Shown here: piece after piece, positions 27,302 to 38,047 of the stretch
Position numbering within the stretch: position 1 is the stretch's first letter
Layout of the letters: each line of letters opens with the position of its first letter
Assembly: GCA_046597055.1 (NCBI GenBank)
Contig: JBKJLC010000095.1
Span: 1-38,047 of the forward strand
From: Kofleriaceae bacterium
Lineage (GTDB): Bacteria; Myxococcota_A; Polyangia; Haliangiales; Haliangiaceae
DNA: 38,047 nucleotides
Direction: 5' to 3'
Notes under the pieces: generated by a model
Database searches by the model: none
Told to the model about the DNA's origin: nothing
What the model saw: the letters and a program-made list of their open reading frames with translations, nothing else
Position numbers and translations under genes: made by a program

Positions 27302-28651
27302 CTACTCCTCCCGGAGGTACAACCAGTAACCCTTGGGCGTGAACGGGCTGCGCGTGTTCTCGGTGGACACGGTGTGCCGCTGATCCCAGACCGAGCGAAT
27401 CGTGCGGCGGATCGGCAGGAATGGTTCCCGCGCGATCTCGGAGTACGCCTCGACCTCGTACACGCCGATGGCCTTTGACGACGCGATCTGGTTGAGCGGG
27501 CCGTCCGCGGACTCGTCGAGGATGATGCCCTTGACGCCAGGTGGCACGAAGTTCGGCGGCGGAGCCGGAGCCGCCCCCGTCCCGCCGGCGGCGCTCTCGG
27601 CCGCGATCCCGGCGAACAGCGCGGCCGGATCGGCCACGAACTCGGCGAAGTCCTTGGTCGACTCGAAGGTGATGCCGAAGTCCTTGGCCTTCAGCACCAG
27701 GTCCGCGATCGCGTACAGCACGACCGGATTGAGCACGTTGGGGTCGTTGGGATCCTTGGCCGCCAGCGAGATCACCGCGGCCACCACGTTGCGGTCATCG
27801 AGCGCGCGCAGGTTGACCTTGCACTCACCATGGACCCGGAACGCCTTGCCGAACAGGATCCAGAACCGGTCGTCGATGCCGCGCACCAGCTTCAGCTCGG
27901 CCACCGAGTCGAGGTAGTTGTTCTTGGCCTTGTAGCTGTCCCGCAACGTCTCGTAGCCGTAGTCCTCGGGCGCGCTCGAGGTCTGCCAGGTATCCTTGAC
28001 CAGCTCGATCTTGTAGCTGTTGGTATCGACGTAGTCGATGATCGCGGCGACCTGGGTCCGCCGGTCGCGGCGCCAGCCGTCGGCGTCGGCCTCTTCGAAC
28101 AGCGGGTCGAACGCGGTCGGGAACAGCAGGGTCTCGATCGTGCGCGCGATCAGGTTGGCCTGTTTGATGTTGTTCGCGCAGTTGACGTTGATCTTGCCGT
28201 CGACAGGGACCAGCCGGACCCCGAAGGTGCCGATGTCCGAACCGAGACCCTTGCCCTGGCTGGCGCTGATGCCGATCGCCGATTCGACCTGCTCGGCGTC
28301 GCCGCCGAACGCAGCCATGATGGTGTCGGCGTACATCGTCACGTTGACGCCGACCATCCTCTCGGCGCCCGGCTTGCCCTCCATCCCGGCCGCCTGCTTG
28401 TCGATCTGGTCCTGGAGGCGAAGGACGATCTCGGTCAGGTTCAGCGACGAGCGGGCCAGGAAGTGGCCGCGCATCTGATCGAGGTTGTTGCGGGCCTGCA
28501 TCATGTCGACGCTGGTGCGGGTCCCGAACTCGTTGACGATGACCATGCAGATCGCGACCGCGGTGATGACCGCGAGCAGCGCGATGCCGCGCTGGCCGGC
28601 GCGGGCGCCGCGGGCGCCGCGGCCACGACGAGGTTGACGGCGGGCTGACAT
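27302..28651 (-). CDS. gspK: Minor pseudopilin K
   Basis: QRG|IALLAV, GKINVN, AIIDYVD and YKAKNNYLDSVAELKLVRGI. Confidence 0.9.
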   Translation of the reverse strand: MSARRQPRRGRGARGARAGQRGIALLAVITAVAICMVIVNEFGTRTSVDMMQARNNLDQMRGHFLARSSLNLTEIVLRLQDQIDKQAAGMEGKPGAERMVGVNVTMYADTIMAAFGGDAEQVESAIGISASQGKGLGSDIGTFGVRLVPVDGKINVNCANNIKQANLIARTIETLLFPTAFDPLFEEADADGWRRDRRTQVAAIIDYVDTNSYKIELVKDTWQTSSAPEDYGYETLRDSYKAKNNYLDSVAELKLVRGIDDRFWILFGKAFRVHGECKVNLRALDDRNVVAAVISLAAKDPNDPNVLNPVVLYAIADLVLKAKDFGITFESTKDFAEFVADPAALFAGIAAESAAGGTGAAPAPPPNFVPPGVKGIILDESADGPLNQIASSKAIGVYEVEAYSEIAREPFLPIRRTIRSVWDQRHTVSTENTRSPFTPKGYWLYLREE

Positions 28652-29315
28652 CAATTTTGCTTCACCAGCGGCTCTTGCAGGAGCAGCCGGGCCTGCGTGG
28701 AAACCTTGAGCTCGTCGCCGCGCGGGGTCTTGTAGTGCAGTGTGATCCGGACCCGGGTCGGCAGCTTGTTGCGCTCGCCGTCGGCCTTGGTCGAGTCCCA
28801 TGTGTCCTGCCACTTCTTGTCCTTCCAGTCCCAGTACTCGAGCTCGATCTTGTCGACGTTGCGCAGCAGCACGTCGAGCTCGGCCGGCTCGCTGGTCCAG
28901 GTCTCGTTGGACAGCCGGCGCAGCTCCTTGCGGTACAGGTTGTCGACCCCGGCCTGCTCGCGGTCATCGTCGAGGTAGTAGGCGACGATCGCCTGGTCGG
29001 ACTCGTTGGCGTCGGCCCACAGCGAGACGTGCGCGAAGGTCGAGAACCGCAGCTCCTCGTCCTTGCCGATGAACATCGTGCGGCGGTTGTCGATGGTCTG
29101 ATCCTCGTTGGACGACAGGTGGGCGGCCTCGAGGTCGTAGACCATCCTCGCCATCGCGACCCGCACCTCCTGGTTGCGCTCCTCGAGCGCCTCGAAGTTG
29201 ACCCGGGCGTCGGACGCGTTCTTGATCGTCGACCAGGCCAGCATCATCATGAACGCCATGATCGCCATGGCGATCATGATCTCGACGAGGGTGAGACCGC
29301 GCTGGCGCCGCCTGG

Positions 29316-29319
<4 letters not shown>
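28651..29319 (-). CDS. gspJ: Minor pseudopilin J
   Basis: QRG|LTLVEIMIA prepilin motif, WQDTWDS...LPTRVRITL. Confidence 0.9.
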
Positions 29320-29977
<658 letters not shown>

Positions 29978-29978
<1 letters not shown>

Positions 29979-30805
29979 CACCGCTCCTGGACGCGGTCGC
30001 CGGTGGCGTCGCGCAGCATGTGATCGTCGGGGTTGCGCATCGTCCCGTCGCGGACCTCGACCCGCCCGGTCACCCCGTGGATGAGCAGCGAGTAGACGTG
30101 GTCGTCGCCGGAGCCGAGCTCGATGATCGCCTTCTCGGCCCAGCCGAGCGGGAAGAACGAGATGCTGACCTGCCCGCTGGTCACCGAGCTCTCGAGGTGC
30201 TGGACCCACACCTCGCGCAGCTTCACGCCCTTGGACGTGTTGAGCTGCCGCTTGAGCTGGCGGCCCTCGGCGTCGAGCGAGATCAGCCCCGCCAGCTCGG
30301 GCGTCGCCGCGCCGCCGAGCTCGTGGCACACCCGGCCGCCGACCTGCTTGCCGGCCAGCGCGGTCGCCATCCGAGCGTCGTCCTCGGGCGAGCTGCTCTG
30401 CAGCACCCCGCCCGGTACGCTGGCCAGCCGCAGCTGGGCCTCCTCGAGCGCCTTCTGCTGGGCGGCGACGTCGACCGCTTCCTCTTCCTTGACCCGGCGG
30501 AGCGCGGGGTCCCCGGCGCACGCCTCGACCCAGTAGGCGTTCTTGTCGAAGTCGAGCACCAGCCGCATCGGCATGCTGGCCTCGACCGCGAGCACCTGCG
30601 TGCGGCGCACGACCGACGACAGGTCGTTGGCGTCGTCGCCGAGCGCGGCGTGGGTGAGCATGCGGAAGCCGCTGTAGCCGAGCGACACCCCGAACCCGAT
30701 GATCGCCATCACGATCATCAGCTCGAGCACGGTGAGCCCGGCCGCGCGGCGGCGCCGGGCGGTCGATCCGCCGCGGCGGACATGAGGGGCTCGAAGGTTG
30801 GACAT
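29978..30805 (-). CDS. gspH: Minor pseudopilin H
   Basis: AG|LTVLELMIVMAIIG and ISFFPLG...IHGVTGRV. Confidence 0.85.
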
Positions 30806-30841
30806 GGGGATCGGGCGGTCAGCGGGTGACGTGCGTGCCGG

Positions 30842-31264
30842 CTACTTCCACGAGGCGAGGTCGTCGCCCTCGCCCAGCTCGTCCTTCTTGTTCTCGCCCT
30901 TGGACCAGACCGCGACGCCCTGCGCGCCCGGCGGCAGGTCGTTGCAGCGGAACAGGTACTCCTCGCCCCACGGGTCCTTGATGTTGTTGTTGGCGTACTC
31001 GCCGAGCTCGGCGAGCGTTGGACACTTGCCGGCGTTCGACGGCCGCAGCGCCCACTGAGGGAACGACTCGTTGGCGAGCTTGCGGACCATGCTGTGCGCC
31101 ACGCTGCCGCGCGACTCCGAGAACGACTTGAACAGCTGAGGGCCGACCAGGAGGCCCATCACCAGCGCGAGGATCGCCAGCACGATCATGATCTCGAGCA
31201 GGGTCATGCCGAGCGTGCGGCGGCGGCGGTTGCGACTACGACGGGCGGTGGTGCGGTGGAACAT
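30842..31264 (-). CDS. gspG: Major pseudopilin G
   Basis: LG|MTLLEIMIVLAILAL, KDPWGEEY and VWSKGEN...DDLASW. AAGGAG precedes the ATG at 31264. Confidence 0.9.
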   Translation of the reverse strand: MFHRTTARRSRNRRRRTLGMTLLEIMIVLAILALVMGLLVGPQLFKSFSESRGSVAHSMVRKLANESFPQWALRPSNAGKCPTLAELGEYANNNIKDPWGEEYLFRCNDLPPGAQGVAVWSKGENKKDELGEGDDLASWK

Positions 31265-31329
31265 GGTGGTCTCCTTGCGGCGCGCGGATGGGAACAGGTG
31301 CGGGATCACTTGCCGGTGCATCGGCCGGG

Positions 31330-32570
31330 TCACTTGAACGAGCCCATCGACATGATGGGCTGGAGGATCGAGAAGACGACGAAGGCCACGCCGCCGCCCA
31401 TGAGGACCAGCATCAGCGGCTCGAGCAGCGACGTCAGGCGGGTGAGCTGCATGTCGATCTCGTTCTCGTAGGTCTCCGAGATCCGCTCGAGCATGGCCTC
31501 GAGCGCGCCGGCCCGCTCGCCGACCGCGATCATGTGGGTCACCATGGCCGGGAAGTGGCCGGAGCGCTTCAGGGTCACCGCCAGCGACTCGCCCTCGGTG
31601 ACCGCCTGCTTGGCCTCCTCGATCGCCTTGCGCAGGATCACGTTGGCCACGATCTGCTTGGCGGTATCGAGCGCCCGCAGCATGGGCACGCCCGAGCTCA
31701 GCATGGTGCCGAGCGTGCGCGCGAAGCGGGCCACGTTGATCTTGCGGGCGAGCCCGCCGATCAGCGGCATGCGCAGGATCATGCGGTGCCAGATCGGCTT
31801 GCCCGACTCGCTCCGCATCCACCGGCGCACGCCGTAGATGGCGCCGATCCAGAACAGGATGATCAGGAGCAGGTGGTTGCGCAGCGTGTCGGCGCACCAG
31901 ATCAGAAACCGCGTGTTGATCGGCAGGGTCTTGCCCTGGGTCTTGAAGATCTTCGTGATCTCGGGAATCACGGCGATCATGAGGATCGACATGATCACCA
32001 CGCCGACCACGACCATGATGACCGGGTAGATCATCGCGCTCTGGACCTTGCTCTTCAGCTTCTGCGAGCTGTCGAGGAAGTCGGCCAGGCGCACCAGCAC
32101 CTCGTCGAGGTTGCCGGCGACCTCGCCGGCGCGGACCATCGAGACGTAGAGCTCCTCGAAGATCCGCGGGTGCTTGGCGAGGGCGTCGCCGAACGAGCTG
32201 CCCTCGTTGACCATCGTCCGGACCTCGCCGATCGGCACCTTGAGGCGGACGTTGTCGGTCTGCTCGAACAGCGTGCTGAGCGCCTCGGCCAGGGCGACGC
32301 CGCTCTTCAGCAGGGTCGCCAGCTGGCGGGTGAAGTTGGCGACGTCGGCCTTCTTCACGCCCGCGAAGATGCCGCCGAGATCGACCTGCTTCGACAGGCC
32401 AACGCCCTTGGCGCCGGCGCCCTTGACCGCCTGGCGCGACAGCTCGAAGTCGGTGATGACCACGCCGTCCTTGCGCAGCATCTGCCGCAGCACCTTGGGG
32501 CTGTCGGCCTCGCGCACGCCGCTGACCGACTTGCCCGACGGTCCCAGGCCCTTGTACGCGTACATCACCA

Positions 32571-32571
<1 letters not shown>
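31330..32571 (-). CDS. gspF: Type II secretion inner-membrane platform protein F
   Basis: FTRQLATLLKSG, YVSMVRAGEVAGNL, AMIYP, FARTLGTMLSSGVP and LLEP. Confidence 0.95.
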
Positions 32572-34382
<1,811 letters not shown>

Positions 34383-34383
34383 C

Positions 34384-36675
34384 TCAGCGCGCTCCGTCCG
34401 GATTCTCGATGTTCGACGGCGCGTAATCGATCGCACCATCGCGCACACCCTCGCGCTCGCCGAGCCCACGCATGATCTCGAGGTCCTGCTCGACCGAGAG
34501 CAGCGAACGGTTGATCTCCTCGACGACCCCGCGCTTGCGGCGATAGTCGACCTTCGGCTGGTACTTCATCTCGTTGAGCGTCGAGAACGAGCGCACGAAC
34601 TCGTCGCGCTCGCGCACCTTGCGCTCGCGGATGCTCTGCAGATCGAGCTGATCCTTCACGATGTACGGCGTGAGCAGGATCAGGAGGTTCGTCTTGCGCT
34701 TGCCCTTCTTCGTGTACTTGAAGAGGTAACCGATGATCGGGATGTCGCCCAGCAACGGCACCTTGGTCACGCTGTAGATGTCGCGCTCCTGGATCAGGCC
34801 GCCGATCACGACGCTCTGCTGATCGTGGACGACGACCTGGGTCTTCAGCTTGCGCTCGCTCCACGTCGGGCCGAGCTCGGGATCGTTGCCGCCGATATCC
34901 TTGGTCTCCTGCTCGATCTCGAGGCGAACGGCGTCGTTGCTCGAGATGTGTGGCGTGACGTTGAGCGTCAGGTTCAGCTTCTCGCGCTGGATGTTCTGGC
35001 CGATCGAGCCAGGCAGCGACTGGCCGTTCGCGGGCAGGCCGATGCCACCGAACGAGAGGCCCGCCTTGTAGGGGATGTTGTTACCGACCGAGAACTCGGC
35101 CTTCTCGTTGTCGATCGCGATGATGTGCGGCGCCGACAGGATGTTCGTGTTGTCCTGTGACGCGAGCGCCTGGAACAGGATCCCGTACGACGGGATGCTG
35201 GTGCCCAGGAACGTCTGCGAGTTCGTCAGCGGCGCGCCGATCAGGCCACCGATCAGGCCGGTCGCGCTGATCAGCGACGACAGGTTGAGCGAGCGGAGGT
35301 CGGGCGTCTGGACGCCGCCGAGGATGAGGTCACCGCCGCTCGTCGGATAGCCGCCGTGCGAGCTCGACCCGATGTTGAGCTGCTTGTTGATCTGGACCTC
35401 GAGGATCAGCGCCTCGATGAAGATCTGCCGGCGCGCCTGATCGAGGCGCTTGACGACCTCGCGCACCGCGAGGAAGTCGCGCCCCGACGCCATGATGATC
35501 AGCGAGTTCGTCGCCTTGTCGCCGATCACGCGAACCTGGCCCTCGAGCGACGCGCCATCGCCGATCGGCGATGCGGGGGGGGCTGGCGCGCCCGGCCCAC
35601 CGGCGGGTCGCTGGCCCTGGCGCTGCTGCTGCTGGCCGAATGCGTTGTTGAGCGTCGTCGCGAGCTCCTCGGCAAGCGCATTCTGCAACGCGTACACGTT
35701 GATCGCAGCACCACCCTCGGTCTCGAGCGCGATGTCGAGCCGCGACACCAGCGCCTTGACGCGCAGATAGCCGGCCTCGCTCGACACCACGATCAGCGTG
35801 TTCGTGCGGTCGTCGACCATGATCTTTGTCGGCACCGCGCCGGCGACATCGTCCCCGGTCGGCGCGCCCGCCGCCCCGCCGCGACCCGCCTTGCCGCCGC
35901 CGGCGGGCGGTGCCGCCGCCGACACGCCGAGGATCTCGTTGAGCTTGGTCGCGAGCTGCGTCGCGTCGGCGTACTTGACGGGGATCGTGTAGATGCCGTC
36001 GCTGTTGCCCGCGATGTCGATCGAGCGCGCGAGCGACATCATGTCGCGCACCTGGCTCGCATAGTCGGTGATGATCAGCAGATTGCCGGCGACCGCGACG
36101 TTGCCGGCGGGGGACCGGATGCCGTCGAGCGCGGCGCGCAGGACCTCGACGTTCGAGTGTTGCGGACGCAGCACGTAGCGCACGACCTGATCGTTGTTCG
36201 GCGGCATGCCGCCCTTGAAGATCGGCACCGTCTCGCTCTTCGCGGTTGCCGACTCGACGATGCGCATCACGTTGCCCTTCGGCACGACCGTGAGCCCCAT
36301 CGTCGACAGCGCGGCAAGGAACACGTTGTAGGCCTCGCCCTGGCTCATCTTGAGCGGCGCGATCACGGTGACCTTTTTGCCGGTCGACACGATGCGCGGG
36401 TCGAGGATGAAGTTCTTGCAGGTGAAGCCCATGACCCACGTGATGAGGTCCTTGAGCTCGGTCTCGGGCTTGAACGTGACCGCGATCGGCCCGGTACGCT
36501 TGCCGCACGCGTACAGCGGATCGTCGACGGGAGTCGGTGCGGGCGCCGCGGGAGCCGGCTGGGCGAAGGCCGCGCGCGGGCCGACGAGCGTGATCGCGAG
36601 TCCAGCAACGACAGCGGCCGCGAGCAGGCGCTGACCACGAACCAAGCGAACGGAGTGCGTCATGAAGGCCTTCAT
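34384..36675 (-). CDS. gspD: Type II secretion secretin D
   Basis: Signal peptide, N domains, RRQIFIEALILEV, ILSAPHI and KVPLLGDIPIIGYLFK...NLLILLTPYIV. Confidence 0.95.
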   Translation of the reverse strand: MKAFMTHSVRLVRGQRLLAAAVVAGLAITLVGPRAAFAQPAPAAPAPTPVDDPLYACGKRTGPIAVTFKPETELKDLITWVMGFTCKNFILDPRIVSTGKKVTVIAPLKMSQGEAYNVFLAALSTMGLTVVPKGNVMRIVESATAKSETVPIFKGGMPPNNDQVVRYVLRPQHSNVEVLRAALDGIRSPAGNVAVAGNLLIITDYASQVRDMMSLARSIDIAGNSDGIYTIPVKYADATQLATKLNEILGVSAAAPPAGGGKAGRGGAAGAPTGDDVAGAVPTKIMVDDRTNTLIVVSSEAGYLRVKALVSRLDIALETEGGAAINVYALQNALAEELATTLNNAFGQQQQRQGQRPAGGPGAPAPPASPIGDGASLEGQVRVIGDKATNSLIIMASGRDFLAVREVVKRLDQARRQIFIEALILEVQINKQLNIGSSSHGGYPTSGGDLILGGVQTPDLRSLNLSSLISATGLIGGLIGAPLTNSQTFLGTSIPSYGILFQALASQDNTNILSAPHIIAIDNEKAEFSVGNNIPYKAGLSFGGIGLPANGQSLPGSIGQNIQREKLNLTLNVTPHISSNDAVRLEIEQETKDIGGNDPELGPTWSERKLKTQVVVHDQQSVVIGGLIQERDIYSVTKVPLLGDIPIIGYLFKYTKKGKRKTNLLILLTPYIVKDQLDLQSIRERKVRERDEFVRSFSTLNEMKYQPKVDYRRKRGVVEEINRSLLSVEQDLEIMRGLGEREGVRDGAIDYAPSNIENPDGAR

Positions 36676-37589
36676 CGGATGGTGTACTTGAGGGTGACCG
36701 GCTTGCCGCGCCGCGTGACGTCGAGCTCGAGCGAGGTCGCTTCGCGCAGCTTCGTGTAGACCTCGAGCGCCTTGTCCGCGCTCGTCAGCTCGAAGCCATT
36801 GATCGACGTCAACGTGTCGCCGTTCGTCAGCCCGAGCTTCGCGTAGACCGACGTCGGCCGGATCGCGTAGAGCTTGAAGCCTTCCGGCTTGCCGTTCTTC
36901 ATCGCGGGCACGATGCGCGCGCCCTTGGCGACCGCCATCGGGTTGACGAGCACCTTCTCGACGAGGCTCTTGTCGATCTCGTACGTGGTGTCGTCGATCT
37001 TCTTGATGCCGTTGTCGATCGACGCCTGCAGATCATCCTTGTTCTCGTCGGGCGCCGCCGTCGGCTCGGTCACCGCGACCGTCTGCGGCACGGGCGTCCC
37101 CGAGAGCCCGAGGCGCTCGATGCGGCCACCGTTCTCGAAGTCGACGAACTTGTAGCCGATGACCTTCACCTTGCCGCTCGCGCCCGGGAGCATCTCGTCG
37201 ACGCCGTACGCGCCCTGCTTCTGGCTCTCGGTGTTGATCACGCTCGCGTAGGACTGCTTGGGGTCGGCGCTGACGTTCGTCGCGAGCAGCACGAGCGGCA
37301 GCGATGTCTGCGCGATCTGCGAGGGATCGGCCGACACCGTCGGCGCGCTCGGCGTGCACTCCGCGCAGAACATGTTGCGGCTCGCGAGCTGGGTGCCGTC
37401 CTTGCTGCGGCTTGCCTTGACCGGCACGTCCGGGCGCGGGGCCATCACGGTGACCTTCGGTGCCTTCGACGAGTCGCCGAGGAACTTCGCCGTCAGGATG
37501 CTGCCGGTCGCCTTGGCGGCGAACACCGCGCAGATCACGACGGTGACCGCACCGATGACCCAGAAGTAGCGCTTGATGAGGTCCTGCAT
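36672..37589 (-). CDS. gspC: Type II secretion protein C with PDZ domain
   Basis: N-terminal TM and ARIVP...GFKLYAIRPTSVYAKLGLTNGD...INGFELTS. Confidence 0.92.
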   Translation of the reverse strand: MQDLIKRYFWVIGAVTVVICAVFAAKATGSILTAKFLGDSSKAPKVTVMAPRPDVPVKASRSKDGTQLASRNMFCAECTPSAPTVSADPSQIAQTSLPLVLLATNVSADPKQSYASVINTESQKQGAYGVDEMLPGASGKVKVIGYKFVDFENGGRIERLGLSGTPVPQTVAVTEPTAAPDENKDDLQASIDNGIKKIDDTTYEIDKSLVEKVLVNPMAVAKGARIVPAMKNGKPEGFKLYAIRPTSVYAKLGLTNGDTLTSINGFELTSADKALEVYTKLREATSLELDVTRRGKPVTLKYTIR

Positions 37590-38047
37590 CAGTCCTTGTC
37601 CTCGGCCCCATCTTCGGAGCCGTCGCCTTCGCCATCAGGATCGGTTGCTTCGAGTCGCCGGTAGATCGTGCGGGTCGCGATGCCGAGGAGCTTCGCGGTC
37701 AGCCGCTTGTCGCCGCGGGTGTGGCGCAAGGTCTCGTGGATGACGCGCATCTCGATCTCGGCGAGCGGCATGCCGAGCGGGAACGTCAGCGCGGATGCCG
37801 CGGCAGTGCCCGGGGTCGCGTCGCGGATCTCGCGAGGCAGCGCGTCCTCGTCGATCACGGCGTGGCCGGCGCGAGTGAGCACGACCGCTCGTTCGATCGC
37901 GTTCTCGAGCTCGCGGACATTGCCGGGCCAACCATACTCGGTGAGCCGCTCGATCGCCGTCGGTGAGCAACCCGAAATGGCCTTGCCATTCTTCTCGGCG
38001 TAGAGCTGCGTGAAGTGCTGCGCGTGGAGTGAGATGTCGTCGCGGCG
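37589..38047 (-). CDS. Sigma54-dependent Fis-family activator, 3' part (runs off the window)
   Basis: The frame is open from 38047: RRDDISL...YGWPGNVRELENAIERAVV, then Fis HTH GDKRLTAKLLGIATRTIYRRL. Its stop overlaps the gspC start. Confidence 0.92.
   Translation of the reverse strand, partial: RRDDISLHAQHFTQLYAEKNGKAISGCSPTAIERLTEYGWPGNVRELENAIERAVVLTRAGHAVIDEDALPREIRDATPGTAAASALTFPLGMPLAEIEMRVIHETLRHTRGDKRLTAKLLGIATRTIYRRLEATDPDGEGDGSEDGAEDKD

Overview
This is GC-rich DNA with myxobacterial gene content (Myxococcota-like; inferred, not classified). From left to right it contains: (1) the left end of a candidate IS21-like mobile element carrying a Zn-finger gene and a ParB-like gene. The element has inserted into a decayed TPR gene and appears interrupted near base 150. 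(2) A Ser/Thr kinase-TPR gene, an SprT-like metalloprotease and aspS. (3) An accessory block of about 10 kb on the minus strand: two duplicated beta-propeller-type lipoproteins with a shared ECF-like promoter, a small Cys-rich lipoprotein, a 2281-aa signal-peptide-bearing SpvB/FG-GAP/Rhs protein ending in an HNH nuclease, and a translationally coupled candidate immunity gene. (4) A membrane protein, an orphan ChrR-like cupin, two HtrA-type proteases (one frameshifted, one lacking the catalytic Ser) with a divergent LuxR regulator, a MoaD-MoaE fusion and an alkyltransferase-like gene. (5) A type II secretion operon, gspC-N, behind the 3' part of a sigma54 activator. I saw no rRNA, tRNA or CRISPR array. 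The best leads are the lipoprotein/Rhs-HNH/immunity module and the ParB-carrying element with three internal 15-bp repeats. All calls come from reading motifs by eye; no searches were run.
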